Of a stretch of DNA of 64,000 nucleotides, positions 9,306 through 17,783 are shown in pieces. How positions within the stretch are numbered: the first letter of the stretch is position 1; the number at the start of each line of letters is the position of its first letter. The position numbers and the translations under genes were made by a program. The notes below the pieces were generated by a model. It searched no databases, had not been told where the DNA came from, and saw nothing but the letters and a program-made list of their open reading frames with translations. The stretch lies in NCBI GenBank assembly GCA_964514555.1, contig CAZERM010000001.1:9682-73681 (forward strand), in the 5' to 3' direction. This stretch comes from an uncultured Lachnospiraceae bacterium. GTDB taxonomy: Bacteria; Bacillota; Clostridia; Oscillospirales; CAG-272.

Positions 9306-11102
9306 ATGAAAAAGAAGCTCTCTTTTGTACTTTTTACAATAATATTGGCGCTTGCGCTCTCAGTATTTGCGTTTGCCGCCGACATTTCGCCCATAACATC
9401 AAAAAGCGGCGATATGACATACACTCTCGATAACGGCAAAGCCACGATCATCAGCTATTCCGGCGACGAAACATCACTTGAACTTTCCGAAATAGACGGC
9501 TACGACATCGTAGCGATAGCAGCAAGCGCTTTTCGCGGCAACAAAAAACTTGAAAGCGTTACTGTCGCATCAAGCGTCAAAAAGATAGGCTCGTTTGCGT
9601 TTTCAAACTGCACTTCGCTTAAAAGCGTAACATTCGACGGCGAAGATACCGTTTTGGGCGCGCGCATATTCGATTCTTGCTCCGCTCTTGTAAGCATAAC
9701 TCTCCCCAAAAAGCTTTCTTCAGTTCCCGACGGCGCTTTTTACGGTTGCAAAGCGCTTTCTGAAATCGTTCTCCCCGATTCCGTCAAGGCGATAGGCGCA
9801 CAAGCGTTTTATGATTGTTCGTCATTGGACCTTGCGAATATTCCGCAAAATCTTTCAAAAATAGGCGCAAGCGCATTCCGCGGTTGCGAAAAGCTCGCTT
9901 CTTTCGAAGCAAACAGCGCTCGTGAGCTTGGCGCTTTTGCGTTTTACGGTTGCACTTCGCTCGAAAAAGTTTCTTTTTCCGCTTTGGATGACATCTCGGG
10001 CTACGCTTTTTACGGTTGCACTTCACTTAAAGAAGCAAATTTTGCAAAAAATATTGAAAACATCGGCGCATATGCGTTTTACTCCTGCATAAGATTTGCG
10101 GATGGTTCAATCATCGAAAACGCAAAAAGTATCGGAAGCTATGCTTTCGCAGAATGTGATGCTCTCGCTTCCGTTACCGTTTCGAATAATACTGTTTCGC
10201 TCGGAGAAGGCGCTTTTTACGGTTGCGATATGACCTCCGCCACGATAAACGCGAACATTTCCGCACTCCCCGACAAAATTTTCATGGGTTGCAAAAAGCT
10301 CAACTCCGTTTCCGTTGCTGATAATATAAAGAGCATCGGCGCATACGCCTTCCATGGCTGTGTTGCTGTTTCCTCTTTTGATATCAATGCGGAACACGTC
10401 GGAGCATACGCTTTTTACGGTTGCCGTAAATTGACCGATGCCATAATCGGCACAAAGGACAAAAAGATAAGCGAACGCACTTTTTACGGTTGCGATTCGC
10501 TCGTTTCCGTTGTCGTTCCGAGCAATATCGAAATGATAGATGCATATGCGTTCGCTTCCTGCGCTTCGCTTAAAAGCGTAGATATGAGCAATGTAAAATA
10601 TATCGCAGACGGCGCTTTTTCAAAAAGTCCCTCTCTTTCGAAAGCAGATATAAAAGCTACCATAGTTTCCGATAAAGCTTTCAACGGTTGCACTTCGCTT
10701 GAAACAGTGAACGATACCGCTTCGCTCGTTTATGTCGGCGGTGATGCGTTCGAGGGCACAAAGTGGCTCTCCAACAGAACAGAAGAATTTGTCATTCTCG
10801 GCGACGGCGTGCTTGTAAAATATAATGGCGGCGATAAAGCGCATATCTCTTTGCCCGAAACGATAAAGCGCCTTTCCGCTTACCGTTTCCTCACGCTCTC
10901 CTCGTTCGAAAGCATAGATATTCCGTCCGAGGTCAAATACATCTCGCCCAACGCATTTATCCAGGTATATACGGATACTTCGTCGGGTCAAGCCGTTTCG
11001 GCAACAAAAATAAGAGAAGTTACGATATATGCCCCCAACGATTCTTACGGCAAATATTACGCCATCCGCTCTTATTATTTCACATATAAAAAGTTGAAAT
11101 AA
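9306..11102 (+). CDS. Secreted BspA-type leucine-rich repeat protein
   Basis: Signal peptide MKKKLSFVLFTIILALALSVFAFA, followed by about 20 repeats of the pattern F.gC.sL.sv.ip.sv..IG..AF. Confidence 0.85.
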   Translation: MKKKLSFVLFTIILALALSVFAFAADISPITSKSGDMTYTLDNGKATIISYSGDETSLELSEIDGYDIVAIAASAFRGNKKLESVTVASSVKKIGSFAFSNCTSLKSVTFDGEDTVLGARIFDSCSALVSITLPKKLSSVPDGAFYGCKALSEIVLPDSVKAIGAQAFYDCSSLDLANIPQNLSKIGASAFRGCEKLASFEANSARELGAFAFYGCTSLEKVSFSALDDISGYAFYGCTSLKEANFAKNIENIGAYAFYSCIRFADGSIIENAKSIGSYAFAECDALASVTVSNNTVSLGEGAFYGCDMTSATINANISALPDKIFMGCKKLNSVSVADNIKSIGAYAFHGCVAVSSFDINAEHVGAYAFYGCRKLTDAIIGTKDKKISERTFYGCDSLVSVVVPSNIEMIDAYAFASCASLKSVDMSNVKYIADGAFSKSPSLSKADIKATIVSDKAFNGCTSLETVNDTASLVYVGGDAFEGTKWLSNRTEEFVILGDGVLVKYNGGDKAHISLPETIKRLSAYRFLTLSSFESIDIPSEVKYISPNAFIQVYTDTSSGQAVSATKIREVTIYAPNDSYGKYYAIRSYYFTYKKLK

Positions 11103-11118
11103 GCTTATATACGCAATT

Positions 11119-11155
11119 ATCGGCAGAGAAACACCATCTCTGCCGATCTTTTTTA
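11119..11155. terminator. Hairpin terminator between convergent genes
   Basis: ATCGGCAGAG-loop-CTCTGCCGAT followed by CTTTTTT. Confidence 0.7.
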
Positions 11156-11707
11156 TAAATTCGGGCGCTTTTGCGCCTTAAAACGCGTTGTGCGGACAAA
11201 TCCCTCAAATGCGGAACCTCCGTTTTCCTCTTTTTGCGGAAATATATTTTTTATAACTACGATGTTTTCGCCGTCAAAATAAAATTCGTTCTTCTCCGCT
11301 CTTTTCGCCTGTCGTTTGGGTAAAAATGCGCTTGCAGGAAGCAAAAGCCCCTTTCCTGTGTGCCAAAGTTGGCACGTCCTGTGGTATGATAATATACTTT
11401 TGCCGCGCGACACGGCATATTCCTGCATCACGCTCAAAAACGGCTCTTCGGCATACACCGCCGAAGAAAAGAGCCTTATACATATCGGCTCAAAGCCTCG
11501 GCGCTCTCTCCGCTCCATTTTTTCGTAAGAATCGATATATCTTTCCGCGTTTTTTTCAAAGCAAGCGCTGAGTTTTTCTTCTTCCTCGCGGTAAAATGCG
11601 CTTATCTCCTCATTTTGCGTAAAACACGGAACAAAAAAGCAAGCTTTCGCGATAACATTTCCGCGTGCGCAAGCGTTGTATCTTTTTTCTTCAATGGTCA
11701 TGTTCAT
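11153..11707 (-). CDS. Hypothetical protein
   Basis: Start trimmed to ATG 11705-11707 (MNMTIEEKRY...). The upstream 88 codons in the ORF track are a translation of the intergenic repeat element. No family recognised. Confidence 0.45.
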   Translation of the reverse strand: MNMTIEEKRYNACARGNVIAKACFFVPCFTQNEEISAFYREEEEKLSACFEKNAERYIDSYEKMERRERRGFEPICIRLFSSAVYAEEPFLSVMQEYAVSRGKSILSYHRTCQLWHTGKGLLLPASAFLPKRQAKRAEKNEFYFDGENIVVIKNIFPQKEENGGSAFEGFVRTTRFKAQKRPNL

Positions 11708-11777
11708 ATCTGCGCCCCAAAAGCATTTTTTCTTACAATATATTCGCCAAAGCACAAAAAAATACCGAAGGAGTAAC

Positions 11778-11985
11778 GCTTTTCTTGATCTGCAAGAAAA
11801 GCTGGCAAAAGAATCAAAAAACCTTGCAGGTTTATCGCTTTGGCGAATCGTATCAAAAAGGATAATCATATCAAATGCAGCTCCACGAGCGGCGCCACGC
11901 TCGGAACCACGCCGCAGAGCACGAGTCGAAAGGTTGGGCTTGTAGCTGATAGCCTTTGTGTCATGGCTCAAATTTCATCAATGAC
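11778..11985 (-). repeat. Copy A of a ~208-nt intergenic element (minus orientation), homologous to 31652-31858
   Basis: By-eye alignment gives roughly 70-75% identity, with perfect blocks CTGCGGCGTGGTTCCGAG and AAGCGATAAACCTGCAAGGTTTT. The element ends in the AT-rich hairpin GCTTTTCTTG-cagat-CAAGAAAAGC. Confidence 0.75.
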
Positions 11986-12010
11986 ACATTTAGCATTTGT
12001 ATTACCATCC

Positions 12011-12045
12011 GTAGGGGCGACCTGTGGTCGTCCGTTTCCCATCGG
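12011..12045 (+). repeat. GGGGCGACC-hairpin module (GTAGGGGCGACCTGTGGTCGTCCGTTTCCCATCGG)
   Basis: Near-identical module at 31609-31642 and a diverged one at 55603-55629. It is flanked here by the 13-bp inverted repeat GCATTTGTATTAC (11993-12005) / GTAATACAAATGC (12085-12097). Confidence 0.7.
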
Positions 12046-12250
12046 AGAATTTAAAATATGGGTATTGGCATAGCCCGATGTATTGTAATACAAATGCGAA
12101 ACCGGCGATAAAAACAGAAGAGAGCGTAATGCGGAACCAAAATTCCGTAAAACGCTCTATTTTCTGATTTCTATGCGTGATATTCTTTGCCTTGGCAAAG
12201 AGTGATACTCCGTTAAGAGTATCACTCTTTGGTCGCCCTTATGTTTTTTA

Positions 12251-14260
12251 TCACTCGTTGAAATAATTAAGACCAAACGATCTTCTCGCCATGGATGAAT
12301 ACAAGTCGTTGCCGATTATATCATATATTCTTGCCGCGGCATTGGGTGAAGCATAAATATTTGCAAGAGAAGTGCAATTGAGAAGAAGATCGGAACCGAT
12401 GTTGCTAAAACCTTGAGGGAAAACTACCCAAACCAAGCTCTTGCAACCAACAAATATCTCATTTCCGAGCTTTTCCATATCCAAAAGCTCCATGTTTATC
12501 GTATAAAGACCGCTATAAGAGAAAGCTGCATCGCCTATCTCTTTTACACCCTCACCGAGCTGTATCTCAGCAAGTTTTTTGCAATATTTGAAAGCTTCCG
12601 CGCCGATGTGCTGAACAGAATCGGGAATATTTACTTCAGAAAGCGAGCTTGCGCTCAAAAATGCGCCGTCGCATATCGTTTCCACCGTATCGGGAAGAAC
12701 GACTTTTTTCACTTTATCCATGTTCCAAGCATTGTACCAATATTTATCAGTGATGCCCTCGTTGCTGTCGTATATAGTTGCGCTGTCCCAACCTGCAAAA
12801 GCACCGCCGCCGATAACTTTAACTCCGTTCGGGATCTCGATGCTTTCCTGCTCGGATCTTACAAGGCAGAGCAAAAGAACACCGTCGCCGACTATCCAGA
12901 AATCATCTTCCGCAGAATCGCTGTTTCTCGCATCTGCAAGGAATCTTTCCATAGCGCCTGTTTTGAAGAAAGCGTATTTACCGACTTTTTCAACAGAGCT
13001 TGCAAGGTTCGCGGAAGTTACCGCGGAGCAGTTCGCAAACGCATTTTCACCGATATAAGCAAGTTTTGTAAGCTTTGCAAAGTCTATTTCCGCATCTCCG
13101 TTTGTCAAAACACCGTTGAAAGCTTCGTTTCCGATGCTTTCAAGCGTTGTGGGGAGCGTTACGGAATCGAGCGAGCAACCCGCAAAAGCGTAATCGCCAA
13201 TAGTGATAACACCCTCGGGAATGTTCACGGAAGAGAGCGAAGAAGCGTATTTATATCCGTCATCATCGCTTGCGCCGACACTTCTGAATACGGAAGAACC
13301 GATATGTTTGATGCCCTTGCCGCTAAGATCAAGCGCTTCGCCGCTCACGTTGCATTTTATAAGTACCCCGTCGCCGACCACCTTATAATCATCGTCTATC
13401 TCCGCGTACCAAGGAGTGAAATTGAGCGCAAAAGCGCCGATATGAGAAACTTTTTCGGGAATGTTCATATCATAAAGCTTATCACAGCAGAAAAATGCCT
13501 GATATTTGATGCTTTCGAGCGTTTCGGGAAGCTTTATCTGTTTCAATTCCGTGCAAGTATCGAAAGCGTTTTCGCCTATCTCTTTAAGAGATGTTTTCGT
13601 AAGATCCAAAGCAGACATTGCAGAGCAATTGGCAAAGGAAGCTTCGCCGAGTGTTTCGAGTGTTGACGGCAAAGAAACGGAAACGAGAGATGCACAATCG
13701 AAAAATGCCGCTTTTCTTATCGTTTTGATGCCCTCGGGAAGCTCTATCTCCTTGAGCGCGGCGCATTTTGCAAATGTATATTCGTATATCTCGGAAATAT
13801 TCGTTGACATCTTCACTTTTTCAAGAGAAGTGCAATAATAGAAAGCGTAAGGTCCGAGCTCTCTTATGCTGTTGGGAAGTATTATTTCCTTGAGTGCGGT
13901 ACATCCGACAAAAGCACCGCCGCCGATGATCTCAACGCCGTCCGCAATGATTATCTCCTCTATATCGGAGTTGCCGTAGAACGCGCCCTCGGCGATCTGT
14001 TTGACGTTTTTTCCTATAACTACTTTTTTGATGGAAGTATCATTGGAAAAAGCACCTTCGCCGATGATGGTAACCTCGTTCGGAACGATGTATGTGCCGT
14101 TTTCGTCTGCCTGACCGCTGCTCTCGTAGAGCACACCGTTTTGTATGTTGCTTACGTTTGTATGTTGACCTGTTGTGGTATCGCCTTTGTTGCCATTGCA
14201 GGAGCAAACAGACGTACCGATCATAAGTATCGCGCAGATAAGCGCCAATGTCTTTTTCAT
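12251..14260 (-). CDS. BspA-type leucine-rich repeat lipoprotein
   Basis: Lipobox in MKKTLALICAILMIGTSVCSC, followed by many F.nC..L..i.lP..v..IG..AF repeats. 669 aa. Confidence 0.85.
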   Translation of the reverse strand: MKKTLALICAILMIGTSVCSCNGNKGDTTTGQHTNVSNIQNGVLYESSGQADENGTYIVPNEVTIIGEGAFSNDTSIKKVVIGKNVKQIAEGAFYGNSDIEEIIIADGVEIIGGGAFVGCTALKEIILPNSIRELGPYAFYYCTSLEKVKMSTNISEIYEYTFAKCAALKEIELPEGIKTIRKAAFFDCASLVSVSLPSTLETLGEASFANCSAMSALDLTKTSLKEIGENAFDTCTELKQIKLPETLESIKYQAFFCCDKLYDMNIPEKVSHIGAFALNFTPWYAEIDDDYKVVGDGVLIKCNVSGEALDLSGKGIKHIGSSVFRSVGASDDDGYKYASSLSSVNIPEGVITIGDYAFAGCSLDSVTLPTTLESIGNEAFNGVLTNGDAEIDFAKLTKLAYIGENAFANCSAVTSANLASSVEKVGKYAFFKTGAMERFLADARNSDSAEDDFWIVGDGVLLLCLVRSEQESIEIPNGVKVIGGGAFAGWDSATIYDSNEGITDKYWYNAWNMDKVKKVVLPDTVETICDGAFLSASSLSEVNIPDSVQHIGAEAFKYCKKLAEIQLGEGVKEIGDAAFSYSGLYTINMELLDMEKLGNEIFVGCKSLVWVVFPQGFSNIGSDLLLNCTSLANIYASPNAAARIYDIIGNDLYSSMARRSFGLNYFNE

Positions 14261-14388
14261 ATATCCCCCAAATGATTTTGTGTTTTATTAACGCTTTTAT
14301 TCTACTACAAAGCCGTGCGAAAGTCAATAAATGTGCCGATCAGTTAACAATATATACAAAATTAGTTTACTATTTTTGTTATCATTAC

Positions 14389-14421
14389 AAAAGGGGCTGT
14401 CGATAAATGTCGAAAGCCCCA
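14389..14421 (-). terminator. Intrinsic terminator after spoVT
   Basis: Minus strand: GGGGCTTTCGAC-loop-GTCGACAGCCCC followed by TTTT. Confidence 0.7.
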
Positions 14422-14429
14422 CTTTATTA

Positions 14430-14981
14430 TTATGATTCAAGCTGTCGACCCAAAAAAGAAGCCGCCGTTTGTATAAGCTTTGTTTCTATATCGGAACCGA
14501 GGTTTTCGCCCTTTGCGCTCTCGCCCGACACGGACATTACGCAACCTATAACATCTCCCTCGGCAAATATCGGCATGGCGCAAGAGATATGGCAGGAAGA
14601 ATTATCGTCCGTCAGATATACTTTTTCTTTGTTTTTGTCCAAAACGTAAAGTCCGCGCGCCTCTATGAGCTTTTCAAGCTCTGCGGAATTTTTTCTTTCG
14701 ATAAATTCCTTTTTTGATATGCCGGCGCAAGCGATTATGCAATCTCTGTCGCAGACCGCGACGGGCATATTGCAAGTCTTGTAAAGCGTTTCGGCATATT
14801 CCGCGGCAAAATCCATAAGCTCGCCTATTGGGGAATATTTTTTGAATATGACCTCGCCCTCTCTGTCTGTGTATATTTCGAGAGGATCGCCCTCGCGTAT
14901 ACGCATGGTGCGCCGTATCTCCTTTGGTATGACAACCCTGCCCAGATCGTCGATCCTTCTAACGATTCCTGTTGCTTTCAT
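14430..14981 (-). CDS. spoVT: Stage V sporulation protein T (AbrB-type N-domain plus GAF-like C-domain)
   Basis: The N-terminus MKATGIVRRIDDLGRVVIPKEIRRTMRIREGDPLEIY is the SpoVT/AbrB swapped-hairpin motif. The 183-aa length fits SpoVT. Confidence 0.9.
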   Translation of the reverse strand: MKATGIVRRIDDLGRVVIPKEIRRTMRIREGDPLEIYTDREGEVIFKKYSPIGELMDFAAEYAETLYKTCNMPVAVCDRDCIIACAGISKKEFIERKNSAELEKLIEARGLYVLDKNKEKVYLTDDNSSCHISCAMPIFAEGDVIGCVMSVSGESAKGENLGSDIETKLIQTAASFLGRQLES

Positions 14982-15076
14982 ATATATATTTCCTCCGTAA
15001 AATTCGTTTTAAAATGTGCTTTGCCACAAATATTTTGCAATATTTACAAAATATATTGTTCTCTGCCAAAAGGAGT

Positions 15077-15130
15077 TTATACGCATTTTTGTTGTTTTTC
15101 TTTTTATACGCATTTTTGTTGTTTTTCTTG
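15077..15130. repeat. 27-bp tandem direct duplication (26/27 identical)
   Basis: TATACGCATTTTTGTTGTTTTTCTTTT followed by TATACGCATTTTTGTTGTTTTTCTTGT, in the divergent spoVT/ECF intergenic region. Confidence 0.95.
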
Positions 15131-15185
15131 TTTAAAGAAAAATATATAAGCTCTGCTTAGTCTGAAAGAAAAGCGAAAAAGAAAT

Positions 15186-15215
15186 TTGACAACACTTTGT
15201 ATACAGTGTTATAAT
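15186..15215 (+). promoter_or_regulatory. SigA-type promoter of the ECF transporter operon
   Basis: TTGACA, an 18-nt spacer, then TATAAT with an upstream TGT. The spacer holds the inverted repeat ACACT-ttGTATAC-AGTGT. Confidence 0.7.
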
Positions 15216-15249
15216 ATCTTCAATATAAAGATATTTCGGAGGTGTTTTG

Positions 15250-16131
15250 ATGAAATATACGGAACAACTTCATCCCATATGCTCATTTTTGTATTTTATG
15301 CTCGTGATACTCACATCAATGCTCACAACGGACCCGATAGTCCTTTCCATCTGCTTTTTGTCGGGCGTAGTGCTGTGCGGTATCATAATAGGCGCAAAAA
15401 AGCTTTTCCAAAGCCTTTTTTATACGCTTTTTCTTATGGCGCTGATAACATTGACGAACCCGATATTCGTCCATAAAGGCGCAACGATATTGTTTTTTAT
15501 GAACGATAACCCCGTAACAAAAGAAGCTCTCGTTTACGGTTTTTTCTCGTCAATGATGGTCGCTTCCGTTTTCTTTTGGTGCCGTTGCTACAGCGAGATA
15601 ATGACGAGCGACAAATTTATATATCTTTTCGGCAGGGTCATCCCAAAACTTTCGCTCGTTTTGTCCATGACTCTTGCGTTCATACCGAAAATGACTCGCA
15701 AATTCCGCGAGATAGACGAGGCGCAAAGGGCGCTCGGCATTTACTCGGGCGAAAGCTGGACCGATAAACTGAGAGGCAAGCTCCGTGTGATGTCGATATT
15801 GCTCACAAATTGCCTTGAATCGGGTGTTGATACGGCAAACAGTATGCGCGCACGAGGATATGGTCTTTTCGGCAGAACGAGCTTCGCGGTATACCGTTTT
15901 AACGCTTCGGATGCGATATATCTTGCGCTTACAGCGGTATTCGGCGTTTCCACGCTTTATTTTATCTTCAGCGGAAAAGCGGATTTTTCTTTCTACCCCG
16001 TTATAGGCAAGATAGAACTTTCTCCGTCCGCGATGATCATGTATATCTCTTTGTTCCTGTTGGCAGGCTTATCGATATTTATGGAGGTCAAAGAAAATAT
16101 TTTATGGCACTTCTTGAAATCAAAAATTTGA
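15250..16131 (+). CDS. ecfT: ECF transporter transmembrane (T) component, EcfT/CbiQ family
   Basis: Polytopic membrane protein with the conserved SMRARGYG coupling motif. The ATG sits 7 nt after GGAGG. Confidence 0.8.
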   Translation: MKYTEQLHPICSFLYFMLVILTSMLTTDPIVLSICFLSGVVLCGIIIGAKKLFQSLFYTLFLMALITLTNPIFVHKGATILFFMNDNPVTKEALVYGFFSSMMVASVFFWCRCYSEIMTSDKFIYLFGRVIPKLSLVLSMTLAFIPKMTRKFREIDEAQRALGIYSGESWTDKLRGKLRVMSILLTNCLESGVDTANSMRARGYGLFGRTSFAVYRFNASDAIYLALTAVFGVSTLYFIFSGKADFSFYPVIGKIELSPSAMIMYISLFLLAGLSIFMEVKENILWHFLKSKI

Positions 16132-17783
16132 ATTTTACATATAACGGCTCCGATAAAAAAGCGTTGGAAGATATCCACATGACTGTGGAAAAAGGCGATT
16201 TTATCCTGCTCTGCGGTGAATCGGGCTGCGGAAAGACGACTCTTTTGAAGCTTTTAAAGCGACAGTTGCGCCCTTTCGGTCAAATATCGGGCGAAATATT
16301 ATATAACGGCAAAAATATCGACGATATAGACGAGCGCACCTCCGTTGCGGAGATAGGATATGTCATGCAGAACCCCGAAAGCCAGATAGTAACGGACAAA
16401 GTTTGGCATGAGCTTGCTTTCGGTTTGGAGAGCCTCGGCACAAAAAATGATGTCGTGCGCCGCAGAGTTGCCGAAGTTTGCGGCTTTTTCGGCATAGGCG
16501 CATGGTATCGCAAAAAGACCTGCGAGCTTTCGGGCGGTCAAAAACAGCTTTTGTCGCTCGCTTCCGTCATGGCTATGGACCCTTCGCTCCTCATATTGGA
16601 CGAACCGACGGCACAGCTTGACCCGATAGCCGCATCCGAATTTTTGGCTTCGCTCCGCAAGATAAACGAGGAGTTGGGCGTTACCGTGATGATAGCAGAG
16701 CACAGGCTCGACGAAGTATTTTCCATGGCGACAAAAGTCGTTTTGATGGATAAAGCAAAGATATTTCTTTGCAAGACTCCGCGCGGCATAGGCGAAAACC
16801 TTTCAAAAGACGAAGTTTCGCAAAAATTAAGCCTCGGATTACCTGCCGCAACGCGACTTTTCCATGCTCTCGGCGGCAAGGGCGAATGTCCCTTGACCGT
16901 AAAAGAAGGCAAAGATTTTATCGAGAAAAATTACAAAAGCGATATCACCTCGCTCGAACTTCCCGCAAAAAAACAAGCGAAAAAAGCAACTGCGCTTGAG
17001 ATACGCGGCGGATATTTCCGCTATGAGCGCAACGCGCCCGATGTGCTCTCAGGGCTTGATATAAGCGTTTACGATAACGAGATATTTTGCATACTCGGCT
17101 CCAACGGCGCAGGAAAAACGACTCTTTTGCGCGTGCTTTCGGGCTTACGCCCTCTTTACAAAGGTTCATATACGGTTTACGGCAAAAAAATGAAGCCGAA
17201 CACCGCCGCTTCGCATAAGATAGCCGCGCTTCCGCAAGATCCGCAAAATCTTTTTGTCATGAGCACGGTGTATGACGATCTTTTTGAAGTGACAAAATTT
17301 TATTCTCTTTCAAAAGAAGACGGCAAAAAAGCCGTTTTGGAAACAGCCGAAAAGCTCGGCATAAGCCACCTTTTGAAGAGCCACCCCTACGACCTTTCGG
17401 GCGGCGAACAGCAAAAAGCAGGTCTTGCGAAGATATTGCTCGCAGACCCCAAGATAATATTGCTCGACGAACCGACAAAGGGACTTGACGCATATTCAAA
17501 GAAAAAGCTTTCGGAGCTTATCCTTTCTCTTAAAAATGACGGCAAGACCATCGTAATAGTAACGCATGATGTGGAATTTGCCGCGGAATATGCGGACAGG
17601 TGCGCCATGTTCTTTGACGGCGGCATCGTTTCCGCCGCTGAAAGCGTTGAATTTTTCTCATCCAACAGCTATTATACAACGGCGGCGGCAAGGATAATGC
17701 GCCCGAAATATCAAAATGCCGTTACGGTAGAGGCGGCGGCAAAGCTTTGCCTTCAAAACGGAAAGAAGGCCGAAGATGAATAA
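16104..17783 (+). CDS. ECF transporter fused duplicated ATPase (EcfA-EcfA')
   Basis: Two ABC cassettes: Walker A GESGCGKTT and GSNGAGKTT, signatures LSGGQKQ and LSGGEQQ. 559 aa. Confidence 0.9.
   Translation: MALLEIKNLNFTYNGSDKKALEDIHMTVEKGDFILLCGESGCGKTTLLKLLKRQLRPFGQISGEILYNGKNIDDIDERTSVAEIGYVMQNPESQIVTDKVWHELAFGLESLGTKNDVVRRRVAEVCGFFGIGAWYRKKTCELSGGQKQLLSLASVMAMDPSLLILDEPTAQLDPIAASEFLASLRKINEELGVTVMIAEHRLDEVFSMATKVVLMDKAKIFLCKTPRGIGENLSKDEVSQKLSLGLPAATRLFHALGGKGECPLTVKEGKDFIEKNYKSDITSLELPAKKQAKKATALEIRGGYFRYERNAPDVLSGLDISVYDNEIFCILGSNGAGKTTLLRVLSGLRPLYKGSYTVYGKKMKPNTAASHKIAALPQDPQNLFVMSTVYDDLFEVTKFYSLSKEDGKKAVLETAEKLGISHLLKSHPYDLSGGEQQKAGLAKILLADPKIILLDEPTKGLDAYSKKKLSELILSLKNDGKTIVIVTHDVEFAAEYADRCAMFFDGGIVSAAESVEFFSSNSYYTTAAARIMRPKYQNAVTVEAAAKLCLQNGKKAEDE

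Noticed and set aside
15040-15110. SigG/SigF-type forespore promoter for spoVT (GCGTATA ... CAATATA on the minus strand).
   Set aside because: The spacing (19 nt) and the -10 match are off-consensus. It cannot be supported from sequence alone, so it is mentioned only inside a finding.
14982-15246. Riboswitch (for example TPP, as for ykoEDC-type ECF systems) upstream of the ECF transporter.
   Set aside because: The predicted transcription start lies only about 25 nt before the SD, and no conserved riboswitch core sequences were seen.
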